64,000 nucleotides of DNA from an uncultured Acidimicrobiaceae bacterium (GTDB lineage Bacteria > Actinomycetota > Acidimicrobiia > Acidimicrobiales > RAAP-2), in the NCBI GenBank assembly GCA_963737625.1, contig CAVTTK010000006.1, positions 181,003 to 245,002 on the forward strand. The letters run 5' to 3'. A program made the position numbers and the translations under genes. Shown one piece after another: positions 35,787 to 46,090 of the stretch (positions are counted from its first letter, which is position 1; every line of letters begins with the position of its first letter). The notes beneath the pieces are model-generated. The model ran no database searches and was not told the DNA's origin. It saw only the letters and a list, made by a program, of their open reading frames with translations.

Positions 35787-36233
35787 TCAGCTTTCGGCGA
35801 CGACGTCCACGGTCAGCTCGAACACCACGCCGCCGAGCAGCTCGACACGGACATTGTGCTCCCCCACCGTCTTGATGGGCTCGTCGAGCACCAGGTCCTT
35901 GCGATCGACCACGGCGCCGGTCTGCTCCTCGACCTTCCGCACGATGTCGGCGGCCGTCACCGAGCCGAACAGTCGGTCGCCGGCGGCTCGGGCCTGCAGG
36001 GTGATGGAGTTGCCCACGAGTGTCCGGGCCACGGTCTCGGAGGACTCGCGGTCACGGGCGTCGCGGAGGTCCCGCGACCTTCGCATGGCCGCGGCCTGGG
36101 ACTCGATCCCCGGTGAGGCGGCGATGGCCTTGCCCGCCGGGAGCAGATGATTGCGGGCGAAACCCCCGGAGACATCGATGATGTCCCCGCGCTTGCCCAC
36201 CCCGTCGATGTCGCTGCGGAGGAGGACCTTCAT
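35787..36233 (-). CDS. rplI: 50S ribosomal protein L9
   Basis: MKVLLRSDIDGVGKRGDIIDVSGGFARNHLLP. Confidence 0.95.
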   Translation of the reverse strand: MKVLLRSDIDGVGKRGDIIDVSGGFARNHLLPAGKAIAASPGIESQAAAMRRSRDLRDARDRESSETVARTLVGNSITLQARAAGDRLFGSVTAADIVRKVEEQTGAVVDRKDLVLDEPIKTVGEHNVRVELLGGVVFELTVDVVAES

Positions 36234-36234
36234 C

Positions 36235-36756
36235 TCAGGCCTCCCCGCCCTCGACCAGGATCTCCTCGACCTCGGACTCGGTCACGGTGCCGTCACCGGT
36301 GCCGGTGACCTCCACAACCTCGTCGATAACGGTCGTCTGGCGCGGCGCGTCGTCGGCCACCGCGTTGGACGTGGCATCGGCGGACAGCGACCGCTCCTCG
36401 TCACGCCGACCTCGGCCACCCTGCCCGCCGTAACCGCCCTCGCGGCCGCCGCGGCCGCCGCCGCGGCCACCGGGGCGCTCGGTGGTCGTTCGCTGGGTGT
36501 AGGGAAGGAGTACCAGTTCACGGGCGGTCTTGATGGCGATGGCCACGTCGCGCTGGTGCTGGGTGCAGTTGCCCGACACCCGACGGGCCCGGATCTTGCC
36601 GCGGTCGCTCATGTATTTGCGCAGCAGACCGACGTCCTTGTAGTCGACCCATTCGACCCGGTCCTTGCACAGGGCACACGGCTTCTTCTTGATGCGCCGA
36701 CCCGTGTCCTTGGGGGAACGCCGGGTGGTACCTCCACGATCATTGTTGCGTGCCAT
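36235..36756 (-). CDS. rpsR: 30S ribosomal protein S18 with an ~83-aa C-terminal RGG/acidic extension
   Basis: The S18 core ([29 protein letters not shown]...LLPYTQR) ends near residue 90 of 173. The tail has high GC3 and ends 1 nt before the rplI ATG. Confidence 0.9.
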   Translation of the reverse strand: MARNNDRGGTTRRSPKDTGRRIKKKPCALCKDRVEWVDYKDVGLLRKYMSDRGKIRARRVSGNCTQHQRDVAIAIKTARELVLLPYTQRTTTERPGGRGGGRGGREGGYGGQGGRGRRDEERSLSADATSNAVADDAPRQTTVIDEVVEVTGTGDGTVTESEVEEILVEGGEA

Positions 36757-36758
36757 GG

Positions 36759-37250
36759 CTAGAAAGGCTCCTCGCTGTATCCGTACCCTTGGGGCTCCGC
36801 CGCGGGAGCGCCGCCGCCCGACGACGGGCGGCCGCCTCCGCCACCGCTGCTGCCGCCGCCGCCTGGGCCACTGTCGCCCGGTCCACGCCGCTCGTTCTTC
36901 GTCACCTGCGCGGTGGCCCAGCGGATGCTCGGCCCGATCTCATCGGCCACCACTTCGACCTTGGAACGCTTGTCTCCGTCAGGGGTCTCCCAACTCCGCT
37001 GGTCGAGGCGCCCGGTCACGATCACCCGCGAGCCTTTGGTCAGACTCTCGGCCGCGTTCTCCGCCATCTCCCGCCAGCACACCACGTCGAAGAAGGAGAC
37101 GGCCTCTTCCCATTCCTGCGTCTGTCGATTCTGCCACCGCCGGTTGACGGCCAGGCCGAAGCTGGCCGTGGCCTGTCCCGTGTTGGTGAAACGCAACTCG
37201 GGATCACGGGTGACGTTCCCCACCAGGGTGATGGCGTTTCCGGGGGCCAT
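36759..37250 (-). CDS. ssb: Single-stranded DNA-binding protein
   Basis: OB fold ([16 protein letters not shown]), a Gly-rich tail and an acidic tip SEEPF. Confidence 0.95.
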   Translation of the reverse strand: MAPGNAITLVGNVTRDPELRFTNTGQATASFGLAVNRRWQNRQTQEWEEAVSFFDVVCWREMAENAAESLTKGSRVIVTGRLDQRSWETPDGDKRSKVEVVADEIGPSIRWATAQVTKNERRGPGDSGPGGGGSSGGGGGRPSSGGGAPAAEPQGYGYSEEPF

Positions 37251-37251
37251 C

Positions 37252-37590
37252 TCAGGCCTCCCCGCCGGTGGTGGCGGCGGCGGCGGCGCGACGACCGGCC
37301 ACCTTGTCGGGAATGCGCATGGCCTTGTGACGGAGCACCTCGTCGGCCAGTACGAAGATCCGCTCCATGTCCGCCACGGCGGCCGGCTCGGCGGTCAGCT
37401 CGATGACCACGTAGTAGCCCTCCCGCTTGTGCTGGACCTCGTAGGCAAAGGTGCGCCGACCCCAACGCTCGACCCGGCCCGGGCTGCCACCCTTGGCCTT
37501 CAGTGCCTCCAGCGCCCGGTCGAGGACGCCGTTCACGGCGGCCTCATCGGCGCCGGTATCGAAAATGACCATGACTTCGTAGGGCCGCAT
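37252..37590 (-). CDS. rpsF: 30S ribosomal protein S6
   Basis: MRPYEVMVIFD... First gene of the rpsF-ssb-rpsR-rplI operon. Confidence 0.95.
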   Translation of the reverse strand: MRPYEVMVIFDTGADEAAVNGVLDRALEALKAKGGSPGRVERWGRRTFAYEVQHKREGYYVVIELTAEPAAVADMERIFVLADEVLRHKAMRIPDKVAGRRAAAAATTGGEA

Positions 37591-37748
37591 GAACGGCTCA
37601 CCTCCCTCTGGATCGGGCAGTCAACTGCCCGAGCCCCACGGCGTGGGGCAGGTCGGAACGGGGTGGCCGCCGTGAGGGCGGCCGCAACGACCCCTCTACC
37701 CTACCGGCAATCGGGCCGGTCGCCGAACCGCCCCGGACGCGGAGCGGT

Positions 37749-38564
37749 TCAGTGGTAGGCCTCGGCGTCGGCGGGGAAGGCCCCGGAGCGGACGTCCGCG
37801 GCGTAGGCGGCCACAGCGGCGGTGGCGGCCTCGCCCAGCTCGGCGTAGCGGCGTACGAACTTGGGCACCCGGTCGTTGAAGCCCAGGACGTCGTGGAACA
37901 CCAGCACCTGTCCGTCACAGGCCGGGCCGGCCCCGATCCCGATGGTCGGCACGTCGAGCGAGTCGGTGATGGCCGCCCCCACCGACTCGGGGACCCCCTC
38001 CAGGACCACGGCGAAGCAGCCGGCGGCGGCGATGGCCTTGGCGTCGACGGTGAGGACGTGGGCGGCGGCCTGGTCGCGACCCTGCACCCGGTACCCGCCC
38101 ATCACGTTGATCGACTGCGGGGTGAGGCCGAGGTGGCCCATCACCGGTATCTCGGCGGCGATCAGGGCCTCGATCATGGGGGCCCGGACGGCTCCGCCCT
38201 CCAGCTTGACGGCCTGGGCCCCGGCCCGGATCAGCCGCGCCGCGTTGCGGACGGTGTCGGCGGCGTCGATGTGGTAGCTCAGCCACGGCAGGTCGGCCAC
38301 GATCAGCGGCCCCGGCTTGGCCCGAGCCACCGCCGCGGTGTGGTGGACCATGTCGTCCACGGTGACCTGCAAGTTGTCCTCGTAGCCCAGCACGTTGTTG
38401 GCCACCGAGTCCCCTACCAGGATGAGGTCGACCCCGGCGGCGTCGGCGATCCGCGCCCCGGGGGCGTCATAGGCGGTCACCATGACCAGCGGGGCGTGGC
38501 CGTCGCGTCGTTTGGCGGCACGGACGGACGGGACGGTGACCGGTACAGACCGGGTCTCGGGCAT
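37749..38564 (-). CDS. panB: 3-methyl-2-oxobutanoate hydroxymethyltransferase
   Basis: MVTAYDAPGARIADAAGVDLILVGDS...KLEGG. Confidence 0.95.
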   Translation of the reverse strand: MPETRSVPVTVPSVRAAKRRDGHAPLVMVTAYDAPGARIADAAGVDLILVGDSVANNVLGYEDNLQVTVDDMVHHTAAVARAKPGPLIVADLPWLSYHIDAADTVRNAARLIRAGAQAVKLEGGAVRAPMIEALIAAEIPVMGHLGLTPQSINVMGGYRVQGRDQAAAHVLTVDAKAIAAAGCFAVVLEGVPESVGAAITDSLDVPTIGIGAGPACDGQVLVFHDVLGFNDRVPKFVRRYAELGEAATAAVAAYAADVRSGAFPADAEAYH

Positions 38565-38725
38565 GAGAATCCTCCTGATCGAACCGTCCAGCGCCCAGGG
38601 GCTGCCGGCGGTGTGGGCGGTGATAGCTCACCGCGGAGCACTGCGTACTGCCGAACCCAGCCTATCGCCCGGTCCGCCCCGAGGGGAGTGGGTCGGCCCG
38701 GACGTTGGTCCCGTCGGAGAGCGCC

Positions 38726-40294
38726 TCAGACCTCAGCGGCAGCGGGCCACCCCTCGTCGGCCGGGGCAGCACTGTCCGTCCCGGGCTCTTCTTGGCGACC
38801 GGCCCTCAGGCCGAACAGGGCCACCACCGCGGCCACGGCCATCACCAGGGCCATGCCGTAGAGGACGCTGCGGGTGGCGTAGGCAAAGTCGAGGCGCACG
38901 AAGTGGGGAATGGATGACGCACCGCCCGTCCCTCCCTGGGACTGGGCCAGGGTAGACGCCTGGCGGGCAGCCTGGCCCGAGGGCACGCCCCGGGCCTCGA
39001 GCGAGGTGGTCAGGTGCGAGCGCATGGTGGTGACCAGCACCGTTCCCAGGATGGCCAGGCCCAGGCTGGCGGCGTAGTTCCGCACCGTCTGGGTGATGCC
39101 GGTGGCCTCGCCGTAGGAGAGCCGGGAGGCCCGGTTGACGGCGTCGGTGCTGGCCGGCCCCAGCATGAAGCCCATGCCGGCACCGGCGAGAATGACGTAC
39201 CACTGCTGGCTGTGGAAGCTCAGCGCCGTCACCTTTCCGGCCCACAGGTAGAACCCCACGGCGGCGAGGATGCAGCCGAGCACCACCGGGCGCTTGGCTC
39301 CGCCCCGGTCCAGCATCCGGCCGCCGATCTGGGCCGCGATGACGAAGCCGATGAAGAAGTAGAGGAGGAACAGGCCGGCCTCCGACGCCGACTTGGCCAG
39401 GGAGATCTGGGCGTACTCGCTGGCGAAGAAGAACACCGGGACGAAGGCCAGCATGGAGATGCCGAGGACCAGGTTCTCGAACAGGAAGGGTCGGATGCGG
39501 AAGATGCGGACCTGCATCAATGGGGAGTCGGTGCGCAACTCCACCAGGACGAAGACCACGAGCAGGACCAGGCCGGCGGCGATGCACAGTCCGGTGCCGG
39601 GATTGCTCCATCCCCAGATGGAGGACTGCTGGAAACCGAAGACGCTGAGCCCCACGCCCGAGGCGATGAGGACGAGGCCCCGGTAGTCCATCCTGGCCGC
39701 CTGGTAGGAGGTGACCGGCTTGGAGATGACGATGAGGACGAGAGCGATGACGGCCACCGGGATGTTGACCCAGAAGATGGCCCGCCACGTCCACTGGGTG
39801 AGGTAGCCCCCCAGGATGGGGCCGACCGCCGTGAGCGCGCCGGCGATGCCGAAGAACGTGGCCAGGGCCTTACCCCGCTCACGCAGGGGGAAGGTCTGCA
39901 CCACGATGGCCAGGGCCGCCGGGAACATGATGGCGCCACCGAGGCCCTGGACGGCCCGGAAGGTCACGATCCACGCTTCGGCCAGGCTCCCCTTGGGCGT
40001 GAGCCCGCACATGGTGGAGGCGCCGGCGAAGATGATGACCCCCAGCGTCGCCATCTTCCGGTGCCCGAGGGTGTCGGCCAGTCGGCCCCCGAAGGCGAAG
40101 AAGGCGGCCAGCGAGAGCAGGTAGGCGTTGACGGCCCACTGCACACCGGTGGCACTGAGGCCCAGTTCCTTTTGGATCTCCGGTACGGCGATCGACACGA
40201 TGGTCTGATCGATGAAGGTCATGGAGACGGCGAAGATCATCGCCATGAGGATCAGGTTCTTCGACCGGCCTCCGGATGGGCCACTGCTCGGCAT
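38726..40294 (-). CDS. MFS transporter, 14-TM drug/H+ antiporter (DHA2/EmrB-like)
   Basis: IDQTIVSIAVPEIQKELGLS...GGRLADTLGHRKM. The ATG at 40294 gives 522 aa; the upstream part of the track ORF is read-through. Confidence 0.85.
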   Translation of the reverse strand: MPSSGPSGGRSKNLILMAMIFAVSMTFIDQTIVSIAVPEIQKELGLSATGVQWAVNAYLLSLAAFFAFGGRLADTLGHRKMATLGVIIFAGASTMCGLTPKGSLAEAWIVTFRAVQGLGGAIMFPAALAIVVQTFPLRERGKALATFFGIAGALTAVGPILGGYLTQWTWRAIFWVNIPVAVIALVLIVISKPVTSYQAARMDYRGLVLIASGVGLSVFGFQQSSIWGWSNPGTGLCIAAGLVLLVVFVLVELRTDSPLMQVRIFRIRPFLFENLVLGISMLAFVPVFFFASEYAQISLAKSASEAGLFLLYFFIGFVIAAQIGGRMLDRGGAKRPVVLGCILAAVGFYLWAGKVTALSFHSQQWYVILAGAGMGFMLGPASTDAVNRASRLSYGEATGITQTVRNYAASLGLAILGTVLVTTMRSHLTTSLEARGVPSGQAARQASTLAQSQGGTGGASSIPHFVRLDFAYATRSVLYGMALVMAVAAVVALFGLRAGRQEEPGTDSAAPADEGWPAAAEV

Positions 40295-40412
40295 GCTCAC
40301 CCTCCCGCGTTCGCCCTGATGGCCCGCCGGTCGGACTCGACCCGCCAACTGTACCGGCGCCCCCACGTCCGGACGGGGAACGCGCCGGCATCCGACGCCG
40401 TACAGTCTGGCC

Positions 40413-41168
40413 ATGACTCCCACCCGCTTCACCGGACGCCGCACGCTGGTCACCGGGGCGGCCTCCGGCATCGGCCGGGCCACCGCCATCCGCCTGGCCG
40501 CCGAGGGGGCGCGGGTCGTGGCCGTCGACGTCAACGCCGAGCTGTTGGCCAAGCTGGAGGTGGACGCCGAAGGGGCGTCCGGGTCGATCAGCACCCTGGT
40601 CGGTGACGTCTCCACCGAGGAGGGGGTGGTCGCCCTGGTCTCCACCTCGGTCGACCGGCTGGGTGGCCTCGATGTCGTGGTCAACGTGGCCGGCGTACTC
40701 TCGTTCTCCCATACCCACGAGGTCACCCTGGCCGAGTGGAACCGGTTGATCGCCATCAACCTGACCGGGACCTTCCTCATGTGCCGGGAGGCCCTGCCCC
40801 AGCTGTTGGCCAGCCGGGGCAACATCGTCAACCTGGCGTCGACCGCGGCTCATGCCGGCCAGCCCTGGGCCACCGCCTATGTCGCCTCCAAGGGGGGCGT
40901 CCTGGCCCTGACCCGGTCCCTCGCCGTCGAATATGCCGCTCAGGGGCTTCGGGTCAACAGCATCAGCCCGGGGGCCATCGACACCCCGATCACCGGGGCC
41001 TTCCACCTTCCCGAGGGCGCCGACATCAAGCTCCTCGGTCGGGTCACACCCCTCGGGCCGTTCGGCACACCCGAGGGGATTGCCGCCGCCATTGCCTTCG
41101 TGGCCTCGGACGAGGCCTCCCACATGAACGGGGCCGATCTCCTCATCGACGGGGCCACGCTGGCCTGA
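40413..41168 (+). CDS. SDR-family oxidoreductase
   Basis: LVTGAASGIGRA and YVASK. Confidence 0.85.
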   Translation: MTPTRFTGRRTLVTGAASGIGRATAIRLAAEGARVVAVDVNAELLAKLEVDAEGASGSISTLVGDVSTEEGVVALVSTSVDRLGGLDVVVNVAGVLSFSHTHEVTLAEWNRLIAINLTGTFLMCREALPQLLASRGNIVNLASTAAHAGQPWATAYVASKGGVLALTRSLAVEYAAQGLRVNSISPGAIDTPITGAFHLPEGADIKLLGRVTPLGPFGTPEGIAAAIAFVASDEASHMNGADLLIDGATLA

Positions 41169-41210
41169 CCGGGGGGATCGCACCCACGTGGCGCGAGGTG
41201 GGTCGGGGAC

Positions 41211-41702
41211 CTATCCCAGGGTGGAGCGCCCGTCGGTGGCCCACCAGTCGGCAGTCAGCCGGATCCCGGCGATCGACGCCCGGGGCATCAGCTCCTCGTA
41301 GGAGCGCTTGTAGCCGGTGTGGGCGATGAGCCACTCCCCGTCCCGCTTCACGTAGCGGTCGGTGTAGAAGGCCGCCCCCTGCACGTTGATCCCGATGTCG
41401 GTGAGGATGACCACGTCCTCCAAGGCCCACACCCCGGTGGCCTCGTCCGGCCCGGTGAGGTCGATCTCGGGTTGGTGGCAGCGGTGGCTGCTGAGCATCG
41501 TGGTGGCCCCCATGGAGGTGCGGAGGAACTCCATGATGGCGTCCCGGCCCTCGAACTCGTAGAGCCCGCCGCCGTAGCGGGCGGTGGCCTCGGGTACGAA
41601 GCAGGTCTCGATGTCCTCCCACAGCTTCTGGTCGAGGCATCGCAGGTACTTGTACTTGAGCCGTTTGATCAACTCCATCTCGACGAGGTCGTCGGGCGTC
41701 AT
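41211..41702 (-). CDS. NTF2-fold SnoaL-like protein
   Basis: 163 aa starting at MTPDDLVEMELIKRLKYKYLRCLDQKLWE, typical of SnoaL_4/BaiE-like proteins. Confidence 0.7.
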   Translation of the reverse strand: MTPDDLVEMELIKRLKYKYLRCLDQKLWEDIETCFVPEATARYGGGLYEFEGRDAIMEFLRTSMGATTMLSSHRCHQPEIDLTGPDEATGVWALEDVVILTDIGINVQGAAFYTDRYVKRDGEWLIAHTGYKRSYEELMPRASIAGIRLTADWWATDGRSTLG

Positions 41703-41757
41703 GGTCGCTCCTGTGGGTGAGGTCGGGAGGGGATGGGCACTGCGGGACGGTCCGCGG

Positions 41758-42837
41758 TCACCGGATGGTGCCCACACCGGGGATGAGGGGCAGGTCGAGG
41801 GCGGTCACCCAGCCCGGGGGGAGGGCGTTGACGGCGGGTACGGCGTTCAGGGCGCGCAATCCGGTGGCCAGGCAACCGGCGGCGGCGGCGTCCCGGCCGC
41901 TCCCGTCCGAGAACCGGAATGCCGTCTCCTGGGTGATGGAGGGGGAGCCGTCGATGACCACCCGGTAGACGTCGTCCTGGTTGCCCCGAGGCCACTCGGG
42001 CGCGGCGTCGGTGCCCACCCGGTTGATGTGCTCCAGGCAGATGCGGGGCTCACCGCGGTAGATGCCGTTGACGGTGAACCGAATGGCCGCCACCTCGCCG
42101 GGGTTGATCACGCCCTTGGCCGTCGTGATGGTGGTGTCGGTGACCCACTTGTCCCAGGTGGAGGTGATCTCGTCGAGTTCGATGCCCACCGCGTGGGCCA
42201 TCATCGGAACCGTCGCCCCCCACGACATCACCAGGATGTCCGTGTGCTCGAGCAGCGGCACGAACTCGGGCGGGCGGCCGATGCCCATCTCGTCCTCGTA
42301 GTCGCCCTCATAGTTGATGTAGTCGAGGATCTCGAGCGCCCGGACCTGGCGCACCTCGCCGCACAGTCCCATCAGGGTCATGGGGAAGAGATCGTTGGCG
42401 AACCCGGGATCGATACCGGTGGTGAAGCAGGACGACCCTCCGGCCAGGCACGCTTCGGTGATGGGGTCGACCCAACTCGGCGGGTTCTGGGACATGGAAG
42501 GCCAGACCCACGGGGTCATGGCCGTGGAGCAGACGTCGATGCCGGCCCGGAGGAAGGCGCCGATGTCACGGATGTTGTCGTTGGCTCGGGCGGCCGTGGG
42601 CCCGTAGTGGACCAGGGCGTCGGGGGCCAGGGCCACCAGGGCCTCGAGATCGTCGGTGGCCGTCACACCCACCGGGCCGATGCCGCACAGCTCGCCGGCG
42701 TCCCTCCCGACCTTGTCGGGGTTGCTCACGCCCACTCCCACCAGCTCGAAGGCCGGATGGCGGACCACCTCGGGGATGACCATCTTCCCCACGAAGCCGG
42801 TGCCCCAGACGACCACCCGCTTGGCTGCGGCGCTCAT
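41758..42837 (-). CDS. NAD(P)-binding oxidoreductase with a DapB-N-like domain (dihydrodipicolinate reductase-like / amine dehydrogenase family)
   Basis: RVVVWGTGFVGKMVIPEVV. 359 aa. ATGA overlap with the upstream SDR gene. Confidence 0.65.
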   Translation of the reverse strand: MSAAAKRVVVWGTGFVGKMVIPEVVRHPAFELVGVGVSNPDKVGRDAGELCGIGPVGVTATDDLEALVALAPDALVHYGPTAARANDNIRDIGAFLRAGIDVCSTAMTPWVWPSMSQNPPSWVDPITEACLAGGSSCFTTGIDPGFANDLFPMTLMGLCGEVRQVRALEILDYINYEGDYEDEMGIGRPPEFVPLLEHTDILVMSWGATVPMMAHAVGIELDEITSTWDKWVTDTTITTAKGVINPGEVAAIRFTVNGIYRGEPRICLEHINRVGTDAAPEWPRGNQDDVYRVVIDGSPSITQETAFRFSDGSGRDAAAAGCLATGLRALNAVPAVNALPPGWVTALDLPLIPGVGTIR

Positions 42838-43613
42838 CGCATCATCTCGCCGGAGTTGACCATCAGGTGTTGTCCGGTGACCGCCTTGGCATAGTCGGAG
42901 GCGAAGAAGACGGCCACATCGGCCACCTCACCGTCCTCGGTCATCCGGCGCAGCGGAAACTTGCCCACGATCCCCTCGAGCACCTCGGCCGGTTCCACGC
43001 CCTGGTTGGCCGCCGTCCCGTTCACGTACATCTCCACATTGGGACCCCACATCCACGACGGCACCACCATGTTGCAGCGGATGTTGTCGGCGCCCAGCTC
43101 GTCGGCCAGGTAGTACATGGCTGAGAGCAGGGCGCCCTTGGAGGCGGCGTACCCGCTCTGGGGCAGTGCCGGCTGGAACATGGACTGGGAGCCGATCAGC
43201 ACCACCGAGCCCCCGCCACCGGCCTTCATGGCCGTGGCCACCGGGCGCAGCACGGTGAGGGCGCCGATGACGTTGGTCTCGAAGGCCTTGCGCCAGGCCT
43301 CGAACCGGAGGTCGTGGAGGCCGCCCCACACGTTCTCGTACGCCGCCACCTGGATGAGGGCGTCCACCGACCCGAACCGCTCCAGGGCGTGAGCCACCAT
43401 GGCCTGGCACGACTCGGCCTCGGTGATGTCGGTGACGTGGGTGGCCACCCGGTCTCCGCCCGGGTCGAGCTCGGCGGCGGTCTTCTCCAGGGAGTCGGCC
43501 GTCCGGGCGGCCAGCACCACGTTGGCTCCGTCCCGCAGAGCGCTGGTGGCGCACTCGCGGCCCAGGCCACCGCCGACCCCGGTCACGATGACGGTCTTTC
43601 CGTTGAGGATCAT
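42834..43613 (-). CDS. SDR-family oxidoreductase
   Basis: [16 protein letters not shown] and YAASK. Confidence 0.85.
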   Translation of the reverse strand: MILNGKTVIVTGVGGGLGRECATSALRDGANVVLAARTADSLEKTAAELDPGGDRVATHVTDITEAESCQAMVAHALERFGSVDALIQVAAYENVWGGLHDLRFEAWRKAFETNVIGALTVLRPVATAMKAGGGGSVVLIGSQSMFQPALPQSGYAASKGALLSAMYYLADELGADNIRCNMVVPSWMWGPNVEMYVNGTAANQGVEPAEVLEGIVGKFPLRRMTEDGEVADVAVFFASDYAKAVTGQHLMVNSGEMMR

Positions 43614-43682
43614 CCCCCCCTTCTAGACCATTTCACGGTGGAACGCGTTCCATTTGTCCGCGGGGCGATCAACCAGGGACGT

Positions 43683-44162
43683 CTAGAGGCTGGCTCGCCC
43701 CCGGAGAGGCTTGCGGGCCACCGCCTCCACTCCGGCACCGGCCGGGTACATCCGGGCCAGGTGGTTCCACGAGCACTCCGTGCAGACCTCGATGACGTAA
43801 CAGACCACAGGGTCCTTCCGCCGCCAGTACCGGGTCAGCTCGGCCTGGGTGGCCACGCACCGGCCGCCCGACGGCAGTCGCGAGCCGAACACGAACGTCA
43901 CGTCGACCAGGTCCGACTCCTCGCAGATGGGACACCGCTCTCCAGTGGCACGACCCAGGTTGCGGGCGGCCCGGAGCAGTTCGGGATGGGCGTCACAGAC
44001 GTCCAGGCGGGACAGGCGTCCCTTGCGGTAGTCGCGGATGATGGCATTGCGGGCGAGCAGGTACTCGACCTGTCCCCCGGTGGGAGACGTCTGCACTCCG
44101 TCCAGCGATCCGGGTCGGAAGCCCACGGGGCCAAGGGTAATCCCTCGGGCACGGTTGGGCAT
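43683..44162 (-). CDS. Conserved hypothetical protein with CxxC...CxxC motifs (I believe the actinobacterial DUF5318 family that accompanies PadR-ino1)
   Basis: 159 aa with CPICEESD...CTECSW. Divergent from the PadR gene. The family name is from memory and is not verified here. Confidence 0.6.
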   Translation of the reverse strand: MPNRARGITLGPVGFRPGSLDGVQTSPTGGQVEYLLARNAIIRDYRKGRLSRLDVCDAHPELLRAARNLGRATGERCPICEESDLVDVTFVFGSRLPSGGRCVATQAELTRYWRRKDPVVCYVIEVCTECSWNHLARMYPAGAGVEAVARKPLRGRASL

Positions 44163-44241
44163 CGCTCTGCTGCCCCTGGTGCGGTTCCGCTCCCGGGCCT
44201 CCCTCCGAGCGCCCGGCCGGATCTGTGCCGATGTATTGCAT

Positions 44242-44264
44242 TGATATATCGAAATGATATATCG
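44242..44264. promoter_or_regulatory. Candidate operator: two copies of tgatatatcg, each containing the palindrome GATATATC, 13 bp apart
   Basis: Copies at 44242-44251 and 44255-44264, in a ~50-bp AT-rich island within the 145-bp divergent DUF5318-like/PadR intergenic region. Confidence 0.4.
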
Positions 44265-44307
44265 TTACGGATATGTACTCGAGGACCACCGGACGGAGCC
44301 AGGCCTG

Positions 44308-44978
44308 ATGCTCGATCTGGCCATCCTCGGCCTCTTGCACGAGCAGGAGCTCCACGGCTACGAGATCCGTCGTCGGCTCCGGGACGAGCTAGGCCTGTTC
44401 GCCAACATCTCCTTCGGCTCGCTCTATCCGGCGCTGTCCCGACTGGAGAAGGCCGCGGCGGTCACCGTGACCGAGTCGGCCGGAAGCCCGGCCGTGGCCC
44501 CCCTCCCGTCCACGGGCTCGCTGGGTGGCGAGTGGGCGGGGCTCCGGGCCCGCCGGGCCGGCACCGCCCGGGGCACCAAGCGCTCCCGAAAGGTGTACCG
44601 GATCACCGACTACGGGCGGGAGCTCTTCGAACAGCTCCTCGACGCCGACGAGCCGGCCGGCACCGACGACGCCCGCAGCTTCGGCCTCCGACTGGCCTTC
44701 GCCCGGTACCTCGCCCCCCAGGCCCGCCTCGGCCTCCTCGAGCGGCGCCGGGCCCAGCTGACCCGGAGGTTGGCCGTGGACCGGGCCCGGGCCGCCGGCG
44801 ACCGCCTCGACGTCTACACCCGCTCCCTCGTGGAACACAGCACCGAGGCCACCGAACACGACATCGCCTGGCTGGACCGTCTGATCGAGTCCGAACGCCA
44901 GAAGCAGACCGCACCCCGAACCGACAGCCGCGAGCCCCGAAACGGGGACGCCGTGACAGCAACGAAGGGAACCAACCC

Positions 44979-44982
<4 letters not shown>
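44308..44982 (+). CDS. PadR-family transcriptional regulator
   Basis: [24 protein letters not shown]...[11 protein letters not shown]. The track start at 44254 lies inside the AT-rich operator-like region. Confidence 0.85.
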
Positions 44983-46076
<1,094 letters not shown>

Positions 46077-46090
46077 ACCGTCCACACCGG

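Noticed and set aside
37591-37748. An rpsF leader regulatory RNA (S6:S18 autoregulation) or a panB terminator in the rpsF-panB gap, with a ggccgcc-gtga-gggcggcc hairpin.
   Set aside because: Only a short GC hairpin is visible. I cannot match it to the known rpsF-leader structure from sequence alone.
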